64,000 nucleotides of DNA from a bacterium (lineage in GTDB: Bacteria; Bacillota; Sulfobacillia; UBA995). The stretch spans positions 508,885 to 572,884 of the forward strand of contig JAVHLP010000001.1 in assembly GCA_031082145.1 (NCBI GenBank), in the 5' to 3' direction. Shown here one piece after another: positions 19,234 through 28,806 of the stretch (position 1 is the stretch's first letter; each line of letters starts with the position of its first letter). Under the pieces are notes generated by a model. It was given only the letters and a program-made list of their open reading frames with translations, had not been told where the DNA came from and did no database searches. Made by a program: the position numbers and the translations under genes.

Positions 19234-20137
19234 TCAGAACGCCGCCGCCTTGCTCACGCAGTCCACCGCGGCGGACCGGATGGTTGCCAGGTAACCGTCT
19301 TCCACCGTGGGTGTGGCCGCCCGGACCTCCCCGGGAGGGGTCTTGTCGCCTACCACCCGGAGCAAGAAACCGCCGTCGGCCGCGGCCCGGGAGGCCACGA
19401 CCTGGTGGCTGAGCCGGACGCGCTCGTAGCCTTCCCGGTCGGTGGCCACTTCCCATACCCGGCCGGAGGCCCGCTCGGCCAGGGTGAGCGGCGGGCCCTG
19501 AAAGGCCACCCGGCCTTCGAATAGCAGGGCCAAGTCGCCGCAAGCCCGTTCGACGTCGGCCACGATGTGGGTGGACAGCACAACCGTCCGGTCCTGCCCC
19601 AGGTCAGCCAGGAGGTTACGGAAGCGCACCCGCTCCTCGGGATCCAGCCCGGCGGTGGGCTCGTCCACGATCAACAGGGGCGGGCTCCCCAGCAGGGCCT
19701 GGGCGATTCCCAGCCGCTGCAACATACCGCCGGAGAAGGTCCCGATCCGGGCCCGGGCCGCCCGGGCCAACCCAACCTGCTCCACCAACTCCCCGATCTC
19801 CCGGCCGCGCCGGGGGTTGTCCAGGCCCTTGAGCAGGCCCACGTAGTCCAGGAACTCGAGCGCCGTCAGCCGCCGGAAAGCGGCGAAGGCCTGGGGAAGG
19901 TAACCCAGCCGGCGCCTCACCTCGCCGGGGTGCTTCCGGCAGTCCAGGCCGCCTACCGTCACCTGGCCCGCGGTGGGCGTGTCCAGGGTGGCCACCAGCC
20001 GCAGCAAGGTGCTCTTGCCGGCGCCGTTGGGGCCCAGAAGGCCGAACATGCCCTTGCCCACGCTCAGGGAGACTCCATCCAGCGCCTTTACCCCACCGCG
20101 GTACACTTTGCTGACATTGCGGATTACCACGTCCAAC
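19234..20137 (-). CDS. ABC transporter ATP-binding protein
   Basis: Walker A GPNGAGKST, signature FSGGMLQRL, Walker B LLIVDEP. TTG start at 20137 after GAGGAGAGAGAG. Confidence 0.85.
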
Positions 20138-20150
20138 GCTCTCTCTCCTC

Positions 20151-20846
20151 TCACTGACCCTGCCGGCCGTAGAGCCAGAGGGCGAAGGCGGCCAGGGCCG
20201 CGCCGGCCAGCCCGAGGGCCAGCCGATTGGCCACCAAATCGACTCCTTCCATCGGGTTGCCCCGCTGGAACAGGTATAGCGGCCCGGTGAGCACACCCGG
20301 CCGCAGCAGATCGGAAGCCCAGACGGCCATGGCGGCGGCCACCCCGGCGGGATAAGATCGCAGCAGGGTGGCGGCGGCCAGGACCAGGCCGGTCAGGAAG
20401 GCGGCGGGAGCCAGGGGGGCGACCGCCACCGGGGCCACGTCGAAGCCGGTGGAGGTCACCAGCCCGGCGAGGGCCGGCACAACCGGCACCGCCAGGACGA
20501 AGGCGGCCCAACCGGCGGCCAGGCGGCGGAGCGGAATCGCCGGACGCCAGGGGGGCAGGGACCGGACGACCTCCCCCGCCCGCGCCTCGTCGTCCAGGGT
20601 GGTGGCGTGACCGGCGGCGATGACGGCCAGCGGCGCCAGGGTGATCTCCGCCACCCGGACGGCCCGCGCCCCGGCCAGCAGCCGGGCCGCCCCGGGGCCA
20701 ATCCCCTCGGCCACCACCAGGAGTTCGGTCCGGCTCTCCCGCAGCACCACGGCCAGGATGAAGAAGGCCAGGAACAGGGTCCCGGGGAAGCCCCAGGAGA
20801 GCATGAGCCGGGCCTCGTGCCGGAGGAGGGCCGCCTCTTTCCTCAT
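20151..20846 (-). CDS. ABC-2-type permease-like membrane protein
   Basis: Start at MRKEAALL (ATG 20846, RBS GGAGAGGGGGG). About 6 TM helices. Confidence 0.5.
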   Translation of the reverse strand: MRKEAALLRHEARLMLSWGFPGTLFLAFFILAVVLRESRTELLVVAEGIGPGAARLLAGARAVRVAEITLAPLAVIAAGHATTLDDEARAGEVVRSLPPWRPAIPLRRLAAGWAAFVLAVPVVPALAGLVTSTGFDVAPVAVAPLAPAAFLTGLVLAAATLLRSYPAGVAAAMAVWASDLLRPGVLTGPLYLFQRGNPMEGVDLVANRLALGLAGAALAAFALWLYGRQGQ

Positions 20847-20847
20847 C

Positions 20848-23103
20848 CTAGCTACCCCCCTCTCCGACCGCCCGGAGCAGTCCCGCCAGGTCCAGACTGC
20901 CGGCCCGGATAGCGGGGTATAGATAGGCGCCAAGGCTGAGGGCAGCCTCCGGGCCGTACCGGTCAACGTACCCGAAGAGGGCCTCGACCGCCTGGTGGTA
21001 TTGCTCCCGCTCCAGCCCGGGGTTACCGCCCTCCGGACGCCAGGGATGGTTCGGCAGAATTGATCGGGCCCGGGCGGCCTCCCGGGCCGCCAGGTAGAAG
21101 TCGTCTCCATATGTCCGGCCGAGGAAAAGAGCACGGAGCAGCTCCTGGCAAGCCTCCCGGATCATGGCCGGCTCAAAGGAGTCTTCTACCCCGAAATCCA
21201 GCCAGTCCAGGGTCCGCCCGAAAGCCCAAGCAAAGACCCCCTCCAACTGGGCCAGCCGCGAGGGGCCGCCGGGACCGGCGGGCGAGGCAACGAGGCCGGC
21301 CTGGTTAACATCCAGGTTCAGACTCCCCCCCAGGGCCGGCCCCAGCCATTCCGGAGCGCCGGCCCGGGACAGGACGGTGATGGTGGGGGGTGCGCTGGGA
21401 TGCTCGCCGGCCAGGGTCCGCATCAGGGCCAGGGCGGCCTCGGCGTGCGCGGCCAGGGCCTGGAGGTGGTCACTGCACTCTCCGGCGCCGACCACTTTAA
21501 GCCCCCCGGCGGTGGTCAGTCCCACCGCATCCGGTGCCCCCAGTAGGTAGCACCCGTTTTCGGCCAGACCCGAGAACCGGGTCACGCCCTCCGCCCGCTC
21601 CCGCAAGGCGAGGTTGCTCTCCAGGACTTGCCCCGGAGGGGCGTGGACGGTCAGGGCGAAGGGCACCGCTTCCAGGTAGTGGGGCACGAAGCTGAGCCCG
21701 GTAACAACGGCCCGGGGATCATGATGCCCCGGCGGCCCGAATCCCCAGAACACCGGCGGTGTCAGCGTGGCCGGCTGGCGACGGTCGAACGCGAACGCGC
21801 CCGCTTGGCCGGGAAGGGGATACCAGGCGAACCCGGCGGGCAACAGCGTCCCCCGGCCCCAGGTGCCCGCCACCAGATGGGGGCCGGCCAGGCCCCGACG
21901 GTTCCAGGTCCCCGGAGTGCCCCGGTAGCGGAGATAGACCCAGCAGCCCGCGCTGGGCTCCAACGGCCGCGGCAGGTCCAGGTCCAAGCGGTGGCCCCGG
22001 GCCTGGAAAGACACTTCCACCCCGCCCGCCGCCGCCGACTCGACCTCGAAGACGCCGTTCAGGATGAGAGGCAGGGCCGCCAGGGGTTCGGCTCCCCCGT
22101 TAACCACTTCCAGGACGGCCTCGGCGCGGAGCGTTCCGTCCCTCTCCAGCCAGACCGTGACCTCGTAGCCGGTCACCCGGACGACTCCCGGGACCGGCAG
22201 GGCGGCGGCTCCGGCGGCGGCCCGCTCCAGTTCCACTTGACGGTCGATGCTGGCCAGGCGTGCATCGAGCCGGTGCAGGTAAAGACGCCCGGCGGGCAGG
22301 GCCAGGGCCACCGCCAGCAGCAGGACGGCCGTCGTGCGCCACCGTGGCCGGCCGGGCTCTCGCCCCCCCGCGGAGGCAAGGATAGCCACCGCCACCAGGG
22401 CGACGCTCGCCGCCGTCACGAAGGCGTACTGGGGCAAGGCCAGGGGAAGGTCGGGCCAGGCGCCCCAGAGGCTATCGGTGCGGTGATAGCCGACCCCGGC
22501 GGCGAAGCTGAGACCCAGCGACGCCCGGGTGAAGCCCAACCCGTATACCAGGTAGTTGCAGGCGAAGCCCGACCCGACCCAGGCCGCCGGTGCAGCGGCG
22601 TAGCCCAAATTCGAGCGCCCCAGAAGAACCGCCGCCAGGACCGCTGAGGCAACGGCCAGACCCAGATTGGCAACCAGGAAAGCGCCGTGGTAGAGGAGCA
22701 GCCCCGGCAACTCGGGGCGGCCCCAGCCCAGAGCCATCCCCAGCAGCAGGGGTTCGGCCACCAGGCCCGCCCCGGCCAGGGATGCCGCCAGGACCTTGCC
22801 CCACAACTCGGGGGCGGGGCGGGTGGGTAGGCCGGCCAGAGTCTCGTCGACTCCCTCCAGCCGGGCTCGCCGCAGGCTGTGGACGGTGTAGACCGAGATT
22901 ACGACCGCCAGTACGAGGCCAAAGCTGCTGACAAGGTCGGCCAGCAGCGGTTCGATCGGGCGGTCCAGCCCGTAGTGCAGGACATAAAGTGCCAGAGCCA
23001 GCTGGCAGAGGACGAAGAGTCCCCGGAAGGCGGGGTCCCTCAGGATCAAGATGCATTCGTACCGGGCCGTACTCGCCAGCTGGCGCCAAGCCGAATTGCG
23101 CAT
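20848..23103 (-). CDS. Large membrane protein: N-terminal ABC-2-like permease domain fused to a large extracytoplasmic M1-aminopeptidase-like domain that lacks HExxH
   Basis: About 750 aa. The first 300 aa are polytopic. The remainder is soluble, with an M1-C-terminal-like helical region, and I found no HExxH(18)E zinc site. Start at MRNSAWRQ (ATG 23103). Confidence 0.5.
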   Translation of the reverse strand: MRNSAWRQLASTARYECILILRDPAFRGLFVLCQLALALYVLHYGLDRPIEPLLADLVSSFGLVLAVVISVYTVHSLRRARLEGVDETLAGLPTRPAPELWGKVLAASLAGAGLVAEPLLLGMALGWGRPELPGLLLYHGAFLVANLGLAVASAVLAAVLLGRSNLGYAAAPAAWVGSGFACNYLVYGLGFTRASLGLSFAAGVGYHRTDSLWGAWPDLPLALPQYAFVTAASVALVAVAILASAGGREPGRPRWRTTAVLLLAVALALPAGRLYLHRLDARLASIDRQVELERAAAGAAALPVPGVVRVTGYEVTVWLERDGTLRAEAVLEVVNGGAEPLAALPLILNGVFEVESAAAGGVEVSFQARGHRLDLDLPRPLEPSAGCWVYLRYRGTPGTWNRRGLAGPHLVAGTWGRGTLLPAGFAWYPLPGQAGAFAFDRRQPATLTPPVFWGFGPPGHHDPRAVVTGLSFVPHYLEAVPFALTVHAPPGQVLESNLALRERAEGVTRFSGLAENGCYLLGAPDAVGLTTAGGLKVVGAGECSDHLQALAAHAEAALALMRTLAGEHPSAPPTITVLSRAGAPEWLGPALGGSLNLDVNQAGLVASPAGPGGPSRLAQLEGVFAWAFGRTLDWLDFGVEDSFEPAMIREACQELLRALFLGRTYGDDFYLAAREAARARSILPNHPWRPEGGNPGLEREQYHQAVEALFGYVDRYGPEAALSLGAYLYPAIRAGSLDLAGLLRAVGEGGS

Positions 23104-23164
23104 GCTTTCCGTTTCCCCCTTCCCACCCGTCTGGACGAGGGAGGGGGCGCGGGGGTTCACCTGT

Positions 23165-24616
23165 TCATGAAATCCCCATGCCGGCCAGGACGCGGGCCGC
23201 TTGCTTGCACTCCTCGAGCGGCGCCGTCCGGGCGATCACGACCCGCTGGGCCTGCGGCGAGCCCGCGCCGTGCAGTGACTCCGGCAAGTAGCTGGCGGCG
23301 CCCCGGCCCAGGGTCAGGTGCTCGATAAGCCGCAAGACTCGCATCCGGTCCTCGACCGTCACGCCGGGCACGCCCTTCAGGTACTTGCGGAGGACCGGCC
23401 CCGTCAGCGGGTGCTCGAGATCCCGGGCCGAGGGCAGAGTGCAGACCAGGCCACCCGCCAAGTCCTGGGCCAGCCTGGCTATCTCGTAGGGGAGCCGGGT
23501 CACGTTGTGCTTGCAGACGTTGGCCAGGAGCGGGTCCACCATGTAGGAACCGGCGGGGGTCAGCCTCCCTTCCAGCGAACAGGCAAGTCCACAGGAGTAG
23601 ATGGTCTCGTTCAGGTGGACCATCTCCACCAGCTTGTCTCGTACGTGGGCCGCCCCGGCCACCCCGTTGTGCTCCGCCGCCAGCGCGGCGGCGCCGATGA
23701 GCACGTCGCCCACACCCGCCTTGCAACCGCCGTAGCTCTGGCGGTGGAAGGCTGCGAATCGCTCGACCAGCCGGCCGCTGTGGGCGACCTCGCCGGCCAT
23801 GAACACCCGGTCCAGGGGAACCCGGACATCGTCAAAGACGGTGAGCGCCTCGTGACCCCCGAAACAAGCGTTGCCCCGATCCAGGAGCGGGTCATATAGG
23901 CAGCGCTGGTCGCCCACCTGCCGGCCGACGACGTGGCTGATGCCGGGGGTGGTGGCGGGGATGGCGAAGGCGATGGCGTACTCCTCCTCGTCCTCGCGTA
24001 GGGCCAGAGTCGGCATGACGATGATCTCGTGCGAGCACAGGGCCCCGGTCTGATGCGCCTTGGCCCCCCTGACCACCAGGTGGTCGGCGCCCCTGCCGAT
24101 GACTCGAAGGTAGAGGTCTCGATCCTCCTGGGCCCCGGGGCGAGCGGATCGATCCCCCTTGACGTCCGTCATCGCCCCCTGGCAAACGAGGTCCTCCTCC
24201 TGCACGTGTTCGAGAAAGGCCTGGAACCGCCGGTGGTAACCGGTGCCCAGCTTCTCGTCCATCTCGTGGGTGGTGATGAAGAGGGCGTTCAGGGCGTCCC
24301 AGCCCACACAGCGCTGGAAACAGGCGCCGGTAGCCCGGCCCAGGATCCTCTGGAGCTTGACCTTGTCCACCAGGTTGGTGGCCGACCGGTGGATGTGGGT
24401 GAACCGGTTGACCGTTCGCCCCCCTGGGGTCACGGTGGTGGCCAGCCGACCGTGTTCCCGGTGACCGGTCAGATCGTAGGTGGCTGCCACCGACCGGGCC
24501 GAGAGGCCGATGAAGGGATGGTCAACCGCTTCCTCCACCCTCTCCCCCAGGAAGTAGGCGGTCAACTCCCGTCCTCGCAGGCTCGCCAGGTACTCGCTTC
24601 CCGTCTTGAGGGCCAT
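23165..24616 (-). CDS. abfD: 4-hydroxybutyryl-CoA dehydratase / vinylacetyl-CoA delta-isomerase family flavoprotein (HpaB-like fold)
   Basis: 483 aa. Collinear with Clostridium aminobutyricum AbfD as I remember it: NRFTHIHRS, FQRCVGWDA, DLVCQGAMTDVKGDRSARP, VRGAKAHQTG, YHRQSYGGCKAGVGDV, AGSPQAQRVVIAR. Confidence 0.8.
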   Translation of the reverse strand: MALKTGSEYLASLRGRELTAYFLGERVEEAVDHPFIGLSARSVAATYDLTGHREHGRLATTVTPGGRTVNRFTHIHRSATNLVDKVKLQRILGRATGACFQRCVGWDALNALFITTHEMDEKLGTGYHRRFQAFLEHVQEEDLVCQGAMTDVKGDRSARPGAQEDRDLYLRVIGRGADHLVVRGAKAHQTGALCSHEIIVMPTLALREDEEEYAIAFAIPATTPGISHVVGRQVGDQRCLYDPLLDRGNACFGGHEALTVFDDVRVPLDRVFMAGEVAHSGRLVERFAAFHRQSYGGCKAGVGDVLIGAAALAAEHNGVAGAAHVRDKLVEMVHLNETIYSCGLACSLEGRLTPAGSYMVDPLLANVCKHNVTRLPYEIARLAQDLAGGLVCTLPSARDLEHPLTGPVLRKYLKGVPGVTVEDRMRVLRLIEHLTLGRGAASYLPESLHGAGSPQAQRVVIARTAPLEECKQAARVLAGMGIS

Positions 24617-24893
24617 CCCGCTCCCCCTCCCCTGGCCCCTTCTTCCTCGCGGCGCTCGCCCTTCCTGCCGCGACGGTTGCGGCTCTCTGATGCGGTGAGC
24701 GCGGGCTCGCTACCCGCTTGAGCAGGCAAATGCCGTGCGAGGTCGGGACGCAGGAGGGATTCCTCACGCCCGTCGAAGAACTTGTCTCTTAAGGCCTGGT
24801 GCTCCCTGAGACGAGGGGAAGCTATTGCGAGCCCGCGTGGCACCGGATGCTACCTCCTGGTGCAACCGGCGAAGACCGTCCGCAGCATGAGTT

Positions 24894-24930
24894 AGCGCTG
24901 TGGGGGTGCGGCTGCGGCCGCACCCCCCGC
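24894..24930 (+). promoter_or_regulatory. Terminator-like hairpin in the 5' leader of the epimerase gene (possible attenuator)
   Basis: GGGGGTGCGGC / TGCG / GCCGCACCCCC, an 11-bp GC stem, followed by CGCTTTC. It lies about 30 nt upstream of ATG 24958 and its GGGAGGGAG RBS. Confidence 0.35.
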
Positions 24931-24957
24931 TTTCATCGCGGTGGGAGGGAGACGCAG

Positions 24958-26031
24958 ATGCGGATCCGATCCATCGATGTCCGGCCCAGGAACCTCAAGT
25001 TGAAGAACCCCTTGCCCATCTCCCTGGGCACCTTTCACTCTGCCGCCAATGTGCTGGTCACCGCGGAGGTGGAGGCTCCCGATGGCCGGAGGGTAACCGG
25101 ATACGGCGAAGGCGCTCCCATGGCCGTGATAACCGGCGAGACCCAGGAGGGAGTGCTGGCCTTCGCCCGCCTTGCCGCGCCCTCCTTGATCGGGCTCGAG
25201 GCAGCAGACCTGGAGGCGGTGCACGACCTACTGAACCGCGCGAGCCCCCGTCACGGTTCCGCCAAGGCCGCCATCGACCTCGCCCTGCACGACGCCGTGA
25301 GCCGCGCCCTGTCCATACCATTGGCCGCCCTGCTGGGCGGATCGACCCGGCCGTTCCTGACCGACATGACCATCGGTATGGCCGCCCCGGAGGTCATGGC
25401 TGCCAAGGCTGAACAGGAGGTCCTGGCCGGCTTCTCCATACTCAAACTCAAGCTGGGATCGGGCGAGGACGACGACGTAGCGCGGGTAGTCGCAGTGCGC
25501 GGCCGGGTGGGCGGCTCGGTGACGCTGCGGGTGGACGCCAACCAGGCCTGGACTCCGCTTCAGGCGCTGCACATTATCGAGCGCATCGCCCCTCTCCGTA
25601 TCGAGCTGGTCGAACAGCCGGTACCGGCGAGCGACATCCAGGGCCTGGTTGAGGTATCCCGGCGCTCGGCCGTGCCCATCATGGCCGACGAGAGCATCTT
25701 CACCCTTGAGGACGCCTTCCGGCTGGCGAGCGAGCAGGCATGCCACGTGTTCAACATCAAGTTGATGAAGTCCGGGGGGCTTCACCCGGCCCGGAAGATC
25801 AACGCCATAGCGGAGGCGGCCCGGATCCGGACTTTCGTGGGCTGCATGCTGGAGAGCAGCGTGTCCGTGGCCGCGGCGGCGCATTTCGTGGCGGCTCACC
25901 GCAACGTCATGGGGGCCGATCTTGACGCCCACCTTTATCTGGACCCTGACCCGGTCACAGGCGGGCCTCGGGTGGAGCGGGGTACGTTCCAGTTCCCGGC
26001 CGGCCCCGGCTCCGGCGCCGTACCACTCTGA
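24958..26031 (+). CDS. Dipeptide epimerase (L-Ala-D/L-Glu epimerase-like), enolase superfamily (MR/MLE)
   Basis: Enolase-superfamily layout with the KxK motif (ILKLKLG) and metal ligands (RVDANQAW; IMADES). Start ATG 24958 with GGGAGGGAG RBS. Confidence 0.8.
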   Translation: MRIRSIDVRPRNLKLKNPLPISLGTFHSAANVLVTAEVEAPDGRRVTGYGEGAPMAVITGETQEGVLAFARLAAPSLIGLEAADLEAVHDLLNRASPRHGSAKAAIDLALHDAVSRALSIPLAALLGGSTRPFLTDMTIGMAAPEVMAAKAEQEVLAGFSILKLKLGSGEDDDVARVVAVRGRVGGSVTLRVDANQAWTPLQALHIIERIAPLRIELVEQPVPASDIQGLVEVSRRSAVPIMADESIFTLEDAFRLASEQACHVFNIKLMKSGGLHPARKINAIAEAARIRTFVGCMLESSVSVAAAAHFVAAHRNVMGADLDAHLYLDPDPVTGGPRVERGTFQFPAGPGSGAVPL

Positions 26032-26057
26032 GCAGACCCTTTGGGGATAGCCGAAGC

Positions 26058-26095
26058 GCGGGGCAGGGTGTGCCAGAGGGGTCACCCTGCCCCGC
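26058..26095. terminator. Bidirectional stem-loop between convergent genes
   Basis: 13-bp perfect stem GCGGGGCAGGGTG ... CACCCTGCCCCGC with a 12-nt loop. No clear U-tract. Confidence 0.45.
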
Positions 26096-26110
26096 ATTCA
26101 GGGACGGCAC

Positions 26111-26596
26111 TCAGTTCAGGATGCCGGGCTTCCGCTCGCACAGGTTAGCCATGGCCCACACCAGGTCACCCCGGCTGATGATGCCCACCAGCTTGCCCTG
26201 GCGAAGCACGGGCACCCGGTTGATCTTGCGGCGCCCCACCAACCGGGCGACTTCTTCCAGGGAGTCGTCCTCGCTCACGGTGACGACCTTCTTTGTCATC
26301 ACCTCTTCGACCCGGGTGTCCCCCACCTCACACAGGCCCCGGGTGAACTGCGCGATCTCCTCCAGGGTGGTGTGGGGCGAGAGCCACCCGAACGGCTCCC
26401 GGAGCATCTTGACCTGAAGCCGCTGGCTCCTGGTGATCAGATCGTGCTCGGAGACGATCCCGACCAGTTCTCCCTGTGGATTGACCACCGGCATGCCGCT
26501 GATCTTATTCTCGTCAAGCAGCCTGGCCACCTCGGCCAGGGTGGCTCCCTGCCGGACGGTGATCACCGGGCTCTTCATCACATCCCTGGCCTTCAC
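26111..26596 (-). CDS. CBS-domain pair protein
   Basis: Two CBS repeats. GTG start 26596 (VKARDVMKSPVITV) with AGGAG RBS. Confidence 0.75.
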   Translation of the reverse strand: MKARDVMKSPVITVRQGATLAEVARLLDENKISGMPVVNPQGELVGIVSEHDLITRSQRLQVKMLREPFGWLSPHTTLEEIAQFTRGLCEVGDTRVEEVMTKKVVTVSEDDSLEEVARLVGRRKINRVPVLRQGKLVGIISRGDLVWAMANLCERKPGILN

Positions 26597-26601
26597 CCGC
26601 G

Positions 26602-27576
26602 TCACTCCTGTCGTGTGGCTGATAGGAAGGGATTCCCCCCCGGGCGACGGAGTTCCTTCCGGGGCCCGGAGCAACCGTACTTCGCCAGATAGGCCGGGAA
26701 GCTCCAGGTCTGGAGAAAGCGCCGCGCCGCTTCCCGCCCGGCGGCAAAGAGCTCGCGTTTGCGCTGTGAACTCAGGTCGAACTCCAGGGTGCCCACGCCC
26801 AGAGTGGGGATGGCGACCGTCCGTACCCAGTCCCGCTCTTCCAGGTGGCGCTGGTCGTGCGCCTGCAGCATGGTGCTGACAAGGGCCAACGTCAGGCTCA
26901 ACGGGCCCCGGATGGGTGTGGGCCGGCCGGATGACGGCTCGATCAACCGGAAGCCAAAAGCTGGATGGGTGGGCTTGCCGTTGGTGTCGACCAGCCAGAT
27001 GGGGAAGTTCGAGAGCAGTCCCCCGTCGACGATCACGCTCTGGCCGGAGAACCTGGCCAGTCGCACGGGCTCGTAGAAGAAGGGGACCGACGCGCTCATG
27101 CGGACCGCCCGGGCCACATCCAGGCGATCAGGATCCAGGCCGTATCTCGATGCATCCCGCGGCAGCACCAGAACCCGTCGCAGGCTAAGGTCGGAGGCAA
27201 TCACCTGCAAGGGATATTGTCCTCTTGGGTGCTCCCCGACCTCCAGGTCCCCGAAGCAGCGAATCCCGCGCGCAGCCAGCAAGTCCCGGAGCCAAGCCTC
27301 GAACCGGAGCCCCCGGTAAACCCCCCCGCGCATGGCCAAGGCAACGACGGGCGGCAGGCAGTCACGGTCCGCGAAGCGTCGGAAGTCCTCCTCGTGAAGC
27401 AACTGCCCCATCTCGGCCCCGGTGTAGCCAGCAGCCAGCAGGCTGGCCACCAGGGCCCCGGCCGAGGTACCCGCCACACGGAGCCACCGGTAGCCGGCTG
27501 CCTCCATCTCGGCCACCGCCCCGGCCAGGCCGATTCCCTTGACCCCGCCTCCCTCAAACACGGCATTGGCCCGCAA
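26602..27576 (-). CDS. Patatin-like phospholipase
   Basis: Oxyanion GGGVKG, nucleophile GTSAG, Asp of the dyad in DGG. Confidence 0.85.
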   Translation of the reverse strand: MRANAVFEGGGVKGIGLAGAVAEMEAAGYRWLRVAGTSAGALVASLLAAGYTGAEMGQLLHEEDFRRFADRDCLPPVVALAMRGGVYRGLRFEAWLRDLLAARGIRCFGDLEVGEHPRGQYPLQVIASDLSLRRVLVLPRDASRYGLDPDRLDVARAVRMSASVPFFYEPVRLARFSGQSVIVDGGLLSNFPIWLVDTNGKPTHPAFGFRLIEPSSGRPTPIRGPLSLTLALVSTMLQAHDQRHLEERDWVRTVAIPTLGVGTLEFDLSSQRKRELFAAGREAARRFLQTWSFPAYLAKYGCSGPRKELRRPGGNPFLSATRQE

Positions 27577-27627
27577 GACAGCGCCCCCCCCGGCAACCTA
27601 CGCGCCCGGGGGACGAGGAAGACCTTG

Positions 27628-28806
27628 TCAGCGAGTGGTGAGGACCCGGACGAGCTCAGCCAGGCCTTCCCGCCGGTAACGGCCGGAATACAGGCCGGCG
27701 GCAGGCCGGACAACCGCCACCGAGCCCTCGCCGCAGGAGGTGTTCTCGAACACCCACACCTCCTGTTCCTGTTCACCCACGGTAAAGGTGAGGACCGCGG
27801 CCGCCGTGCCTTCCTCCTCATAGAGGTTATTGAGAGTCCCCGCGAGGATCAGCCGGGCCAAACCCGCCACCCGACCGAGGCTCTCCGGGCCGCTCGCGCA
27901 GTCGAAGACGACAGGAGCCTCGCCGCCGATAAGCACCTTCACCCGCGTCGCCCGTAGGAGGCCACGGGGATCGTATTCCGGCCGGGGCGGTGGCTCGAGG
28001 ATCGCCTGGGCCAACTGCCAGAGGGGCGCGGCCCCGGCCAGCCGGGTGCCGGCCACCACCAGGTGTTCGGGGTCGCTCAAGCCGATGACGACCGGCCGGG
28101 CCCGGGAGGGCTTGTCGGTGTACACGTAGAGCGCGTAGTCGGGGAAGGCTGCGGGCCATCCACCGGGGGCGGGAGGTCCCACGCCTTTCATTGCCGCCTG
28201 TAGGGAACTCACGTAGTGGGGATCGAGGTCGCGGGTCACGGCGGGCAGGTCACCGGCCACCAGCACCACCCGGCCGGCTCCGGCTAGCAGTGAGGTCAGG
28301 CCGGCCGGGGAATCATCGACGGCAGGGCCGGGAACGGTGACCACTTGCAGGTCGACGCGGTAGATGGCGCTGTTCACGGCGAAAGCGGGATCCGCGATAA
28401 CCAGGCCGTATTCCCCCGGAGGCAAGTCGGCCGGCAAGATGAAGCGGGCAAGGCCGCCTTCCCTGAAGACGACCAGGGGCTTTGCCGACAGCTCACCAGT
28501 GGCCAATCCGAGTGCGAGCAGGGGCCAGTGCCGGCGGGGCACCTCAGAACCCAGCTCGACCTCGATCTCCTCCCCCGCGTGGACCAGCAGTTGAGGCCAG
28601 GCATCCTGGGTCCAGGAGAAGGTCTGTGGCTGGCCTCCGTCAACTCGCAGGGTCATCACACCATGTCGGGTCTCCTCACCATCAAGAGGACAGCAGATCT
28701 CAGGCGTGGCGGTTTCCGGCGCCTCGACGTCTCTCACCGGCGCTCGAGAGCAGCCGGCGATCAGGAAGACGGCGGCTACAGCGGCAATGCTCTTGGCGCC
28801 TCGCAT
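27628..28806 (-). CDS. Lipoprotein, function unknown
   Basis: Start at MRGAKSIAAVAAVFLIAGC with lipobox LIAGC. RBS GGAGAGAGG. Confidence 0.5.
   Translation of the reverse strand: MRGAKSIAAVAAVFLIAGCSRAPVRDVEAPETATPEICCPLDGEETRHGVMTLRVDGGQPQTFSWTQDAWPQLLVHAGEEIEVELGSEVPRRHWPLLALGLATGELSAKPLVVFREGGLARFILPADLPPGEYGLVIADPAFAVNSAIYRVDLQVVTVPGPAVDDSPAGLTSLLAGAGRVVLVAGDLPAVTRDLDPHYVSSLQAAMKGVGPPAPGGWPAAFPDYALYVYTDKPSRARPVVIGLSDPEHLVVAGTRLAGAAPLWQLAQAILEPPPRPEYDPRGLLRATRVKVLIGGEAPVVFDCASGPESLGRVAGLARLILAGTLNNLYEEEGTAAAVLTFTVGEQEQEVWVFENTSCGEGSVAVVRPAAGLYSGRYRREGLAELVRVLTTR

Noticed and set aside
21628-22647. 339-aa plus-strand ORF and several 60-200-aa ORFs on both strands between 20600 and 23300
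   Set aside because: All lie inside the 750-aa permease/M1-like gene. They are low-complexity and lack start-site context.
24617-24957. Possible TPP riboswitch (CTGAGA motif present)
   Set aside because: Only the CUGAGA element is present. The ACCC…GAACCUGAUC…GGUUAAUACC pyrimidine-sensing half is missing. Kept only as an unclassified attenuator candidate.
26965-27957. 330-aa plus-strand ORF
   Set aside because: Antisense to the patatin and lipoprotein genes.
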